64,000 bases of DNA from NCBI GenBank assembly GCA_050084985.1, contig JBITNC010000001.1:114824001-114888000 (forward strand), in the 5' to 3' direction. The notes under the pieces are model-generated. The model saw only the letters and a list, made by a program, of their open reading frames with translations, was not told the DNA's origin and made no database searches. Positions 1 to 13,132 of this stretch are shown one piece after another (position 1 is the first letter of the stretch; the number at the start of each line of letters is the position of its first letter). This DNA is from Nageia nagi (taxonomy: Eukaryota; Plantae; Pinophyta). The translations under genes were made by a program, and so were the position numbers.

Positions 1-356
1 AATCGGAATCAGATAAAATCGGAATTGGCCAAGCAAATGATCCGATTCGAATTGGATCTGATTTTTTTCAAGTAAGTGTTTATCCAATTTTTTTCCATTC
101 TGATTCCGATTCCAATTTTTTAGACAAAAAAATCGCAATTTTTTCAAAAAAAATCGGCATTGAATCGGCCGATGATTTTTTGCCCTTTTTTGCTGATTTT
201 ACCTATTTTTTGGCCGATTTTATCCAATTTTTTGAGATTTTTTGAAATTTAGCTAAAATCAAAGAAATTCCTTCATTTTTTCTCATGCCGATTTTTCAAA
301 AAATTGGAATTCTACAACCAAACGATTCTGATCCGGTTCCGATTTTTCTAACTATG
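1..356. mobile_element. Terminal fragment of a hAT-type DNA transposon/MITE
   Basis: Many subterminal AATCGG/CCGATT motifs, ending in ...tttctaACTATG at 356, the same CATAGT-type terminus as the hAT at 34918-38815. It abuts a family-A LTR remnant. Confidence 0.65.
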
Positions 357-591
357 ATATCATTTGTGTGTATGCTTGATTATTGCAACATTGTGGTTTG
401 ATTATCTATTCTTGCATGTGTAAGCCATACGTTGGCATAGTAAGCTTGTAATAATTGTTGTGTATTGATCTTGGCCAGACGTTGGCATATTTGGGTTGTG
501 AATGCATTGTTTGGATGCCCTAGACTAGACGTTAGGGTTTATTGTGTTGAATTTACTAATTTGCACTTGTGGTTATATTTGGATCATTACA
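357..591 (+). mobile_element. 3' part of Gypsy LTR (family A)
   Basis: ~50-bp ACGTTGG repeats and end TTGGATCATTACA, as in the copies ending at 13132 and 45410. Confidence 0.7.
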
Positions 592-933
592 TTTTCACAT
601 AGGTATGACAGTCCTTTCTACCCTCGCAACCGCCATACATCCTCTTGTACACTTTCGATTTTAATCACTAACATGAAGGGCAGATTTGAGGGTGATATAC
701 ATCCAAGTTTGAGATAGCCTAGAATATTATTTCAAGTGATATATAACAAGGTACTACAGCTCAAAAACATTAGGGACCAAGGCATGCATTGTCAAAGGTT
801 TATGAGTACAAATTGTACCATACTTCCCTATGATGTATGCACAAGCAAGAACCATTCAGTTTTGGAAAGTTCTAAAAGATTTGGTTTGAAGACTGCAGCA
901 TTTGAGAAGACAGAGTTTGTGGACTTAAAAATC

Positions 934-2430
934 AGTCCACTATTGATTGATTTATGCCTAGCTTTGGTCGAGACTAGCTCTCCCAAGAACAATTCGATTT
1001 AAACAAAGGATATAGCATCGAGATACACTGAAGAGAGAGCATTTGGGAAGTGTTTGAGCAAAATTGCAGCTGATAAAAAAAGTCACACCAAGAACCTTAT
1101 CAGTTGTGATTTTCCACCATTTTGGAGCAACAAAGCATTGGGATCAGTTTGGAAGCAAAGTACAAAGTTGGATGTTGAGAAGGCATGCACCATCAACAAT
1201 ATTTTTTGCCTTTACTTCTTGGAATAGCCGCCTCCATGATTGCATCCTCTTCATATCATCAAGGGACTGTTTTGAAGAGTATGTGGATAGCTTTGTACAT
1301 TTGAAGACCATGCAAGAAAACAAGCACCACTTTTGGATTCATTTGGAATTGTTTCAAGGCAAGCAATTTGAGGAGGGAGGACTTGTAATGTCACCAGTTT
1401 AGGACATCTAGACATCATCCCTCATGCCCATTCAATGTGATCTTTAGTACTTAGATAAGGAGTATTTTATTTGTCAATTTATGTAATATCCCCAATTGTG
1501 AGAAACCTTGTAGAAGGCATAACTTTTGTCACAAGTCCGGGATTGCCAATTTGTCTTTTGGAATGGATGGAGAATCTTCTGCCAATCGTTTTGACAAGTT
1601 ACATGACATGGTTTCATCAAGGAACGAGAGATATTGCATTTTGAAGTTCGCCAGCCAAGCCAATCTCCAAGCACCATGCGCGTTGGAATCAGCCAACGAA
1701 AGTTGGCTAGAAGAAAAATAATTTATTTCAAGGTCAGCCAGGATCATAATTATTGGTATTTTCAAGGTAGAATCAACTATATAAGGAATATAAGAGCATC
1801 ATTTGAAGACATCATCTTGTGCATTCGATCTTGGATCATTCAAAGCTTAGGGATGCTTCCCTTGTCTACCTTCTAGGGTTTAAGGCTACTCCCTAGCCTA
1901 GAAGTCGCTTAGCTACACTTCCACCACCTACATTCGCCATTCTTACCCTTTGGAAGCTTGCGTTGCACATTTGGAGACTTGCGCCACCCTTGTGGAGCCT
2001 TGGAAGACCTTGCACATCACTTTGGAGCATTTGGGCATATTGTGCATCCTCTTGGAGACTATATTTGGCATATTTGGAGTCTAGGGACTTTCCCTAAGAA
2101 CTTGTAACAGGCTTGTAACAACCCTATACTTATTCTTGGTCATTATTATTGATCTTCAGCTCTTATATTGCTTTCAAATGTGAATGAATGTTGCTACATA
2201 TTTTTGCTATGCTTCTATCTTGCATGGGAATGTGCAAATTGAGTACTTCTAGAGCTATATTTCTATTATGGTACAAATCTGATTTGTGCCCTACTTTTGG
2301 TTGGATTCACATATTATGAACACTTTATATCAGTTTGGGTTGTTGTTGTTACATATCAGTTTGGGTGCATGATTTGAATGATTTATGAGCATGTTGATTG
2401 ATGCCCTAGTTCGATAATTAAAGTGGAATT
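934..2430 (+). mobile_element. Degenerate Gypsy pol 3' end + PPT + 3' LTR (family B)
   Basis: FQGKQFEEGGLVMSP-type terminus. PPT GAGGAGGGAGGA followed by TGTAATG at 1384. LTR core (GACAAGTTACATGACATGGTTTCATCAA) recurs at ~3940-4100, 6170-6400, 14310-14500 and 39790-39960. Outer boundaries approximate. Confidence 0.6.
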
Positions 2431-2624
2431 GAATACTGAATATCTCCATGATCTCAAAATAAATTTCTGAATCTCTGTAAATCTTCCAAAAATCCTTCAA
2501 GATAACTCAAGCTAATACCATTGTAACTCCTTCCCCTAATTTTTGACACTGCTTGTGAATGCCTTCAATTGAACTCCTTTAATAATTTATTCAAGATCTT
2601 CCCCAACAAGATGGCAAAATCTTG

Positions 2625-3880
2625 GCTTTGATACCATTGTAATGAGTCGAGCTAGGGCTCACTCTTAAACATTCAGAATATGGCTAACCCAGTCATATAA
2701 AATTATCTTAATGCTCCAAAGAATGCAACGAACCATGCCAAGGGAGAAATGAATGCCAAAACTTCCAAATATGTCGCTAGGAGAGGGACGTCTCACTCCT
2801 AATGCAAGATCTCATTTATGTGAGAATGAAATATCATTCCAAACGCAATGCCTCATCACCCCATGCAAGAATAAATATTTACTTGTGCAAAATCACTTTA
2901 ATTATGCAAAGGAAATCCAACGTCCAAGTGTGGAAGGCTAGATCTCAAGCTAGGAGCCCAACGTCTCACTTATGATGCTAAAAACATGTCATTCAAGCCA
3001 CAATGATGCAATGTCCAGGTACAATGGTCAAATCACATCACAAATGGTTCAAGAAGTGCCACATCTAGCTAATAGAGACAAGATGTCATGCAATAACAAG
3101 TAAATATCCAACATAGCAATTATGGAAGCCAAATATTATGTAAATAGACCAATCATGCACTTAGTATCATACGCCCAAGCATAGAGAGATAATCACCACA
3201 AGATAACATGCAAATATCAAAGCAATTGTCAAATGTAATTATACTTGATAACAAGAAATGCAATAACCTCAATTACAAATAACTTTCCAAGTGATGATGG
3301 TGATGTTCGAAAATGAACTAATGCTCCAATGCTCAGATCCGCAAAAGTGGCAAGGCTTGCACCAGGGCTTCCTCATCCTCAACTGTGGTGGAGACTCAAA
3401 GTCCCCTTAGCAATGTTCTTCTAATCCAAGGGGAATGCCAACACCCCTTGAATAGCTAGTTGTAATCTTTGAGGTCCGCTAACCCTCAAGAAAGCACTGC
3501 ATAAGACCTGAAGTTGTGTCAGACTTCAAGCACCTCACATCGCCGACATAGATCCAAAGGGTGCTACCCACCATCCAAGAGAAGAAGAATAAGAATTCTA
3601 AACACATATGTCCAAATGAGCTCTCATCTCCCTTTCATAGGTGAGCATGAAATTACAAATTACATTATGAGTGGTTGGCCTACCAAACCTAGACTTGAAA
3701 TAATAAAACACTCCTAAATTACTTAAATTACTCCTAGGACCTATGAATTAAATCTTGAGATCATAAAGCACCCATAAATGGGGCATCCCTCTTATTATAA
3801 ATATTTGGGCATTTATTGATGGCCCACACATTCCAATAAACCAAGTTACAATAGCCCATCTCAAGATAAGGGATGTCACA
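2625..3880 (-). mobile_element. Gypsy 5' LTR (family C, 2638-3880) with tRNA-Met PBS
   Basis: Minus-strand TGTGACATCCC...CATTACA termini. PBS TGGTATCAAAGC (2636-2625) directly follows the LTR. Confidence 0.7.
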
Positions 3881-4529
3881 TTGAAAATAAATAATTAGAA
3901 GTAAAATATTAGATTTTCATGCATGCTCTATAAGCAAACTGGCTCGACGGGTGAACTTCAAAGTGCCATATCTCACACGTTTCTAGATGAAACCTAGTCA
4001 TATAACTTGTCAAAACGACTTACACAAGATCCTCTATCCATTCCAGGTGTTAAATCAGCAATTCCTAGCTTGTGGGAGAATATATTTCTTCAAAACCGAA
4101 ATCTAGTGAGTCTCCAAAATTGGGGACTTTGAACAAGTCGCAAGTCTGGATGTCAGGACTCTCTATTTATTGCAATTTTGTTTTCCTATTCCCATCCTTC
4201 ACTATATAGCTATTTTTCATAATGATTGCATTGTTTTTGCTCAAATAGTTGAATTATTGCAATATTTTTAAGAAGGAAAGGCTTCATCTCCCTATGGGTA
4301 GGTCGTATTGCACTGTAGTCTAACAGAAACTTTAGAATAACAATTCTTTTCTTTGATACCTACAATTTGCAACACTAATTATTTTTCTAAATGCTAATTC
4401 TAACTAATATTATGCTCTAAATGTGAGGGTTGCGCTCTAAATCATGTCAATAGTCTATACTTCAATGTTTAAAAATTTTGATGAATTACAAGAAATTTCT
4501 CTTGATAATTTTTTAATCTATATAATGTT

Positions 4530-4691
4530 GAGTATGTCAAACTTAGAACTAGAAGTGAAGATAGTAATAAGTAATATGCATGAAAACTTATTTGGTCAAT
4601 GAGAAATTGTATTTTTTTCATTTTTTCTTTTTGTTAAGTTTTTGCCAAGTCCAGCTAAATTTTTTTCCTGAGTTTGAGTTTCACTACTATG
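4530..4691. mobile_element. Old CpG-depleted end of the same hAT family as 34918-38815
   Basis: Reverse complement reads CATAGTAGTGAAACTC...GACTTGGCAAAAACTT...GCATATTACTTATTA...CTCAACATTATA, aligning by eye with 34918-35145. Confidence 0.7.
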
Positions 4692-4768
4692 GTTCTAAGG
4701 GCTAGAGGTCATATTGTTGACATTCTAGGCACTCGTGACCAAGACATGGAAGTTGTAGATCTTGGGAA

Positions 4769-6138
4769 TGTAATGAGCCAAACTAGGGCTCATTCGGAAA
4801 ATGCACAAATAGGGCTCAAATAAAATATTAAAATTTCCCATACATTACCGTAAATCCATTCTTGCCCAAATGAAGCACCTCATATATCCAAAATGCCCTA
4901 ATTATGCACAAGAGATGGGACAATCCACTATGAAGGCTAGATCTACTCAGATTTACCAAGATATTGCAACACCCAATAGCCCTAATGCCAGATCTTGATA
5001 TCACACTTGACATATTATCCCTATGACACCACAAAATGTATCTTGAATTAATGATGCCAAAATAGAAGATTACATGACTTGAATGAGCCAAATGATCCCC
5101 TAGGTGAGACGTCTCAGCCAGGGAGACTAGATCTCAACCTAAAGCCTTTTGAATTGGTGTAGAAGCTCTCAATGAGGTGGATAGTTGGCTGGAAGGCTAA
5201 TGTGGTAATGCCAGGATCTCCAAGTGACCATCTTGATGTGACGCCCCAATGATGTTGATGAATCTTCAGAACGGATGGCTCCAAGGCCTCCTCTTCCTTA
5301 GCTATGGTGGAAGCTCCAAGGCTCTGCTAGCAATCTTCGGTAACACTAGGGAATGCCAAATACTAGGTGGTAGTCTTCAATACTCTATGGGAATGTCAGA
5401 CCCTAAGATAGCAATCTTGAGACCTTTGAGGAATATTATACCTCAAAGTAATAGTAGATAATGTAAGGGGAATGCTTGACCCCAAAGTAGCAATAGTATA
5501 AGCCAAAGGGAATGCTAGACCCTAAGACCTCACTTGCTTACACAAGAGGAAAGGAGAGGAGCCTACGCCCACTTTCAAATAAAATAATAATCCAAGCATA
5601 TCCAATGATGCCCAAAACTCTTCCTTATATAGTCTCCAATGGCTCCTCATGTCCCATGTCCCTTCTAGAGGATTCCAATGATGCCTTGTGATCACCATAA
5701 TCATGCTCTATGGTCCTGATTCACCCGTGGGGTGAGATGCACCTTGATGTCTTCATGTGTGCCTTGGGATTACAAGAATCGTATCTAACAAACACAAATA
5801 GTCCTTTGCCATGCAACGTCCCATTGTGGGAGTCTTACTTTGGCTCAGGATTTGTGCAATCATCCTTGAAATCATGGAACTCTACCTCTAGTGAGGCATC
5901 CCATTCATTACATTTGGTGGCATTCTAAGTGCCATTTTATTTGCTAATTGCAAGATCAACTCCTAATTACAAATTAGACTCCTAATGACTCCAAGACATA
6001 CCTTGAAATCATGCATTACAAATATTTGAGCATAATTAATAGCCCACTTATTCCAAATAAAAATACTCCTAATTAAATAAGAGTCAATCCTAAATATATT
6101 AAATTGCTATTACACATCCCTAGGATAGGGATGTCACT
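4769..6138 (-). mobile_element. Gypsy LTR (family C), no TSD
   Basis: Shares termini and body with 2638-3880 (TGTAATGAG..AG/AACTAGGGCTCA start; GGGATGTCAC end on + strand). Confidence 0.6.
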
Positions 6139-6959
6139 CTCAGAGAGACCAAATAGAGGATAATCACGGATTCCTACGTGTGTGCGATATAGTTCTTGGG
6201 GTGAACTTCAAGAGCCAATATCTTCTTCGTTCTTTGATGAAACCATGTTGTGTAACCTTTCAAAACGAATGGAAGAAGATTCTCTCCCCATTCCAGCAGA
6301 TAAATCAACGATCCATGGCTTGTGGAAAAAATTATGCCTCTTGTAATATTTCTTAAAAATGGGGTCATTACAAGGTACCAAAACCTTGTTGCTTTGGGTA
6401 TTGAGTCCCAAAAGATAGGCATATTGGGACTTTTGCCAAAATGTGCAACATCTCTTCTTTATGATCACAAGATGAATGCGGTGTAATCCATTTTCGAATG
6501 TGATACTTGGATGCTAAGATCTTAATGCTAAAGATAATGTATCTATTAAATGACTTAAAGAATAATAAAATATTTGCAAAAAAAAAGTTACAAGAGGAAG
6601 TAATACATAAAGAGTTCACTTTATTTTATTGGAAGTTGATTGCAAAGAAAGAAAAATCATAGGAGAGAGGGAAAGTTTGTTTCATACATTGATTTTTCCA
6701 ATTTTCTGAGTTTGTGAAGGACTCTAAAATTTCATGCATAACACATGCCCGTTAGATTGGAGTAAAAATTCACATCTAATTGAATGGGGTGTAAAATCCT
6801 TGGTAGATTGGAGAGCAAAGCTAAATTTATCAAGGGGCTACTAAGCGATCACTCTATAAGTTTCATCTCTGAGTTTTTTTGTGAACTGTTTTCTATTTTT
6901 GGTTAGGGTTTGACCTAACTATTTTGCTATTTTATGTAATTTTTTTCTGTGAGTTTCAA

Positions 6960-8160
6960 AAAACTACTCCATAGAATATTGAGGCCCTGGCACCATGCAC
7001 CTCTATGCAAAATTTGAGCATATCAAAGAAGACATCTATGTGGAGCACCCTAAAGATTTGGAAGTGAAAAGGAAAGAGGGATTTGTAAACACTCAAGCAA
7101 GCAACTAGAGCATGGTACAAGAGGATAAATAGTTGGTTCTCGAAGGAAGTATTTGTAAGAAGTAAGGATGTGGCTACATTGTACATCAAAGGAGAAGGCC
7201 ATGATATCTCACTTGTGTGTTTGTATATAGATGATCTACACAATAAGCTCTTCATCAAAGAAGAATCAATTCAAAAAGTTTGAGATGAAACACCTTGATT
7301 GATGAGCTATTTCATGGGCATGGAAATGCACAAAGATGAGAGTGAGATTTATGTTGGGAAACAAAGTTTTGCAAAAGATATGCTCAAAACAATATCCATA
7401 GAAACTTGTAATTGTAAGGCTACACCTACACCCTATGCTCAAGGAGTCGTTCTGTCTATGAATGATAAGCCTGAAAAGGTAAATGCAATGCACTTTTGTA
7501 GCATGGTTGGGAGCCTTATATTGTTGACTGCTACAAGGACAAATATTGCATATTTGGTAAGTTTAGTGAGCAGGTTTATGGATGATCCTTTTGAGCTTCA
7601 CTTGTGGGAAATGAAGTGGATTGAGGTATGTGATAGGTAATTTGGATTTTTGGATAAAGTATTCATGCCTCTAATTTTGGATTAACTGGATGAATGGATA
7701 CTAATTTGGGAAGTAGTTTAGGTGATCGAAAATCAACTTTTGAGAATTGTTTCTCAGTTGGCTCCAGTTCGATCAGTTGGAGCTCAAGGAAACAATCCAT
7801 GGTGGCACTCTCTTCAATAGAGGCAAAATATGTGGCAGCTATAGCATCAGCAATTCAGTCTGGTGGTTGAGGAAAATGTTGTGACTTGGGAGAGGAGCAG
7901 TTGACAACCACTACATGGCTTTATGAAAACATAAGTGCAACCCAAATTGCACAGAATTCTTTACATTATGGCAGATCCAACCACACTGACCTTCAGTTTC
8001 ATTTCAAAAGAGAAGTAATACGAAGAGGTGATGTGGATTTGGAGTTTTCCAATACCACTAATCACCTTTGTAGATATCTTCAATAAGGGTGTGAAGATAA
8101 AAGCAGTTCTTAAGGTTGTGGGATAGATTGATGACCTCCTTTGTGAGCAAAAGGGAGAAT
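6960..8160 (+). mobile_element. Ty1/Copia RT-RNaseH fragment (pseudogenised)
   Basis: Motifs VCLYIDDL, YFMGMEM, DRKSTF..CFSVGSSSISWSSRKQSMVALSSIEAKY and RSNHTDLQFHF. PPT-like AAAAGGGAGAATG at ~8148-8160. Confidence 0.85.
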
Positions 8161-8907
8161 GAAGAGTTGATCATTTGAACAGAAATTCATGTTTATTTCT
8201 TATTCAAAACATAGACAATGTAATAGAATAAAAAGTCAATGTCTTTAAAGCTTCAAGCAAGCCAAGAGACATATGGAAGTCATGAAAAATATTATGAGAG
8301 TCCAACTGGTATAAGAAACTAAAGTGTCATACATAGAATGTAACATATTGTACACTTATTTATTTTTTGTATGGGGTGTTGTTGTGTACGTATGTGGACT
8401 GTATGTATTGATTTCAGAGCAACAAAAGACAACATTGAAGTACCAAAATCTGGTATTTTTTTAAAATTCCACATTATTGATCTCTATGTGAAGTATGGTC
8501 ATTTGGTTTTGTTAATTTTCTATCATCTTTATTGGGTCTGCAATTCTCGTTTGAAAGTGATTCCAAAAACGAAAAAATGCAATCTGCATTAGCAAAATTA
8601 ATAAGAACCATATGTCTAGTTTTTAATACATTTTTTGTTCTTTAATATGTGTATCTGCTGGTACAATTAAGGTGGTATGTATCATTCCTTCAAATCCTTG
8701 GGAACTAAAATTATCTGAAGAATCAAAAAGGACAATGCATTATTCCATTATATATTAATACTCGAAAAAAACTTAACTGTGTGCATTTTAGTTAATCTTC
8801 CAACTTTGAAAAATGCGGTACCCATACACCCATACTATATGCTTCTAGTTGCCCCTTCAAATTGAATATCATACTGCGATAGGTGTTCATAAAGAATCAA
8901 GTATTAC

Positions 8908-9004
8908 CTCACCAACATTCCATGTACTTTTTAACCATATGTCATCCTGTTCAGATTGTGTTGAAGTCTGCAAATTAGATGGAAATATGGAACCCAACGG
9001 CACC
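8908..9004 (-). CDS. NUP42: Host gene penultimate coding exon with C-terminal IWLKxxWxxGE motif
   Basis: Acceptor ttatgtAG at 9006-9005 (phase 2, completes ATG). Encodes VPLGSIFPSNLQTSTQSEQDDIWLKSTWNVGE. Donor GAG|GTAAT at 8907. The motif resembles the C-terminus of plant CG1/NUP42 (recalled as IWLKEKWNPGEIPE...PP). The final IPE..PP exon was not found in the window. Confidence 0.78.
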
Positions 9005-9771
9005 CTACATAAGGAAATAAACAAAACCTGTAATTTTAAAGTTTCTTGTAAGCCCTGTAAATGGCAGATATAGTCCAACAAATACAAAATCAGAAATGCT
9101 CTTAAATATTTTATTGTTAGTTATAAGAATCCATCTCATCTAGTTGTTAAAATACACTCCCAAGAAAATTGCATTTTAATTAGAAAATACACAGGTCCTT
9201 GAGAATATTAACACTTTACAACTGAACCCAATCACTGAAGACAAAAATTCAAGCAATGGAAAAATACCCATAGACAATTAATGCATATTTAATCCTGTCA
9301 AACTTGTCACAAAATATAATGAGAAATATACCTTTCATTAAAATTAACCATTTTTATAAAAAAGTTCATGCTTTGTTCTACTACTATTTTGCGTGTGTAC
9401 CCTTGAAAACACTTAAACTTAGCAAAACTTACTTATTTTGCATTGAACTTCAATAAACATAAATGATAGATTGCAACAATTAATTTACATCATCTAAAGA
9501 TACATATTGACCAAACAAACACAAAGCATATTCCATTGCATGCTATATAAGTGTTCTTAAACTTCCATGTATTGTTGTTTATATTATTTATGACCCTTGC
9601 GTTAAACATCAGCTTGACAAAACAAACTCATGTAAAAAAACTTCTTCCCTGTATATGTAGAAAACAAATGCAGGGAGAATAATTGCACTCAATGTCTCAT
9701 TCTAACGCTTAAATTACGAAGAAAATATCTTATTACATTTTCAAAACCATCAGTTCAAGTTATATTCTTAC

Positions 9772-10006
9772 ATTGAGGTGATATTCATAAAAGGCTGTCC
9801 ACTGGTACCAGGTAAAGTTTCAGGACCAGTAACTGAACTAGGTGCATGGCCTAACTGATTACCAAAATTTGACATTGTCGAATTTGTTGCAGCACTGGGA
9901 AAAGGGTTATTGCCAAATGTGTTGCCACTATTCTGAAAGTTCAAACTCTTCATGCTTGATGTGTTTCCAAATAGGTTCTGGCTTGCACCTTGGGAAGCAG
10001 AAGATC
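9772..10006 (-). CDS. NUP42: Host gene exon: FG-repeat region of NUP42/CG1-like nucleoporin
   Basis: Acceptor ttgtAG at 10008-10007. Encodes GSSASQGASQNLFGNTSS...TFGNNPFPS...NFGNQ...NITS. Donor AT|GTAAGA at 9771, phase 2. Confidence 0.82.
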
Positions 10007-10653
10007 CTACAATCATCACACTCATAGATCAGATTAAAGATTAAAGAACTGGCAAAACAGAATAGGAACATATGGTGACTTCAGAAACAGAGGCTAGTTA
10101 TATGAAGGATAAAATTTAGCATAAAATGCTCGTACAAGTTTTGCAAATAAATACATGTAGATAATAGCATACAGTAAGCAAGCTAATTACAAACTATAGT
10201 TCTGTATCTTGTGCAGTAGATATATATTCTAGATCTAACCATTCAATCATTAGTCTGGATATAGTCATCTAAGTCAGAACTTGGGGACTCACTCCAGAAC
10301 ATGGAGAGGGATCTTCACATTTCTCTTGCAGAACATATTTCAAACAATATAAAAGAAGCAATCTATCACAAGGTTTTCACCAACCATAAATATGAAAAAC
10401 AATCATAGGAAAAAGTTTGATAAAGTTCATATAGATGTCTAATCTTAAAACAATATCATACGGAATACAAGTAGCCAGAGGTATTTATGTGCCTTGATGG
10501 AATTTAATGCCCAACAATTATGCAGAAATAGAAACATAGCAAGATCAAACATGTAAACATTAGTACTTTCACAACAGTAGATGATTAGTTCATGTCACCA
10601 ATTATTTCATGCTTGTTTGCTGCAATTTTCTGCAAAAAGATCTTCAAAATTAA

Positions 10654-11280
10654 TGTCATGTGCCTTTTTTGTACATGATAAGACCCAAAGTCCCTAAAGT
10701 AATTTAGGAGTTTGGGCATGAAATAAAGTAATTTAGAAGCGACTTTATTAACTAGGGGTGATTTTGTGTTATTGCATTTGTACTTAGGCATTTAATGTAA
10801 TCAAGCGATGGGTATTTAAGGTAAATTGTGAGCCCCAATGTGGGATGTCACCCTCCTCGGATAAATTTAGTCATGTAGTGTCATTTTATTTAAAAATAAT
10901 TGTCCAACAGCTTAATTGTACTAATCTCAAGGAAGAGCTTAGGATGACTCCTCATTGTAAATGCACCTCATCACAAGACCCCCCCCTCCCATGCAAGGAT
11001 TCTTGTGGTGCTCCACTAGCATGGATTTCTAGGTGAGATCTTGGCCACCCAGTGAGATCTTTGGCTATTAAGGGGCTTGGCACATCATTTGGAAGCATAT
11101 TTTGATCATTTTTATCATCTTTCATTTGAAGTGTGGCATGGAGTCATTTCTTGGGCCCTCTATAGATGAAACCCTGCAAGAGAAGGATTAAGTGGGACGA
11201 AAACCCCATTAGATCTGGCCAAGGATGGAAATCCTTAGGCATTGGTTACTTTAGTTTGCTCATTTCCACATCTCAACTCC
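10654..11280 (+). mobile_element. Truncated Gypsy LTR (family D)
   Basis: Starts TGTCATGTGCC and is homologous in inverted orientation to the LTR at 29984-30871. Confidence 0.7.
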
Positions 11281-11289
11281 AAACGTCAA

Positions 11290-11924
11290 CCTTCCAAGAG
11301 CTTTATATGGTTATGATCCTCCTAACTTTACAGATCTGATTTTTGATGAAGGAAGGGCACCCAAGGCTAACGATTTCTTGCAAGAGTATCATGACATCAT
11401 GAGGGTGCTAAAGGAGAACTTGCAGATGGCCCAGAACCGACAAAGGAAGTTCTATGATCATAAAAGGACATAGAGGAGCTTCGAGGTTGGAGATACGGTA
11501 TACTTGCAGTTGCAACCATTTCGGCAATCATCACTCAAGAAGCGTAAGGCAGAGAAACTACAGCCAAGATTCTTCGACCTATACAAGGTCCTGCACAGGG
11601 TGGGAGATGTTGCTTATGAGTTGAAGCTGCTCCAAGAGAGTAAGATCCACAATACCTTCCACGTGTCACTCCTGAAGAAGGCTGTGGGACAGCATGACGT
11701 TTCATCCACCGTCCTACCCCCGCTTGACAATGAGGGATGATTGATTCTGATTCTTGATAGGGTGCTGGATACCAGGGTCAGAAAATCGAGATCCCGAAAG
11801 ATTCAGGAGTATTTGATCAAATGGAAGGACCTGCTAGATGAGGACTCAACGTGGGAAGGAGTTGATGTACTTGCACATCCAACATTGAATTCCTTAAGTG
11901 CAAGCAATCTTGAGAGGGGGGCTT
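11290..11924 (+). mobile_element. Chromovirus (Ty3/Gypsy) integrase C-terminus + chromodomain, pseudogenised, ending in PPT
   Basis: FEVGDTVYLQLQPFRQSSL...KIHNTFHVSLLKK and chromodomain EYLIKWKDLLDEDSTWE. PPT GAGAGGGGGG precedes TG at 11925. Confidence 0.9.
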
Positions 11925-13132
11925 TGTGATGTCCCCCTTGTCTACCAATCATTAGTTGTGGGGTTCAAAAGTATCTACTTGTAATATACTCTTCTTATGT
12001 ATTGTTCTTTATGTTTGTAACATAGGATAGGAGACTTAATGGATCAAAGGACCCCAATGTGAGCCCCAAGTGGGACGTCTCCCTCCTAGGGATAGATTAG
12101 GAGTATTTATCATAATTGTGGGAATCCCAAGATCTATTTATGTATTAGATGGTCACTTGTATGCTTGCGCTAGGCTTGGGGAGGGTCCCATACCCCCAAG
12201 TTGGCCCAACTTGACTCCTAGATCCCAGGCCTGCCCCCTTCTCCAACATGGGCATGCATGGCACCCCTTAGCTCATTCGTTGGCACTTAATGCACACATG
12301 GGTCCCATGTTGGCATGTCTGGCCATTAGACACCCACGTCGAGCCACCAAGAGGCCAACATTGGGTAAGAAGAGTTAAGTGGTGATTCCTAGATAGGACC
12401 ACAACAAAGATTATGTATAAATAGACATTAGAGCCTCATTACTAGACATGCTTAAGGATTATTATTCTTACACACTTCATCGGACATCAATTCTTAGCGG
12501 TGTTAAGCAAACTATCCTAGGCGTAGAGTCTAGAGGGCATATTGGCTAAGGGATCCTATGTGTCTACGGCACTGGGTGTAGCACCTTTGCCCATCTGGTG
12601 GAATTATGAGGATTTTCTTCTACTTTTGGTGGTTATCCAAGGTTCAAGGAGTGCCCCTTCAATGGGGAGGATTCAAGGTCTGAGGGAGCATATATGTCCC
12701 ATTGGTTCCGTGGTACTTCCAGTATTTGAGGACATTCATCATTGTGTCTTAGTTGGCTCCAGAGAGGTCAACGATTGCCCCCTAAGGCTTGGTATTGCTT
12801 TGTATTGTTCCATATCATTGATATATTGCCAAGGGCAATTGGATCTCATGCTTGTGCTACGTTGGCTTATCTTGTGCATGCGTTGGATCATTGTGGTTGT
12901 CTATGCTTGTATTTATCATGTGATGGCATTATGATGTGTTGTTGATTGAATAATGTATGTTATAGCCAGACGTTGGCATCTTGGCATTGTGAACGAATAA
13001 TGTTGATGTTCTAACCCTAATATGGCATTCTTGAGGGTTTGATTGTGTGTTGTGGATGCCCTAGGCCTAACGTCAAGGTTTGTGGGTTGTAATTGAGTGT
13101 TTTTGCATGATGGATAAATTTGGATCATCACA
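11925..13132 (+). mobile_element. Chromovirus 3' LTR (family A)
   Basis: TGTGATGTCCCC...GGATCATCACA, 1208 bp, directly after the PPT. Confidence 0.85.

Noticed and set aside
8640-8720. Final exon of the host gene
   Set aside because: AG sites here give IHILK.. or IILVPKDLKE*, not the expected IPE..PP terminus.
10654-13132. Single complete LTR element
   Set aside because: The two LTRs are from different families and there is no TSD (ATTAA vs TTCTT), so these are juxtaposed remnants.
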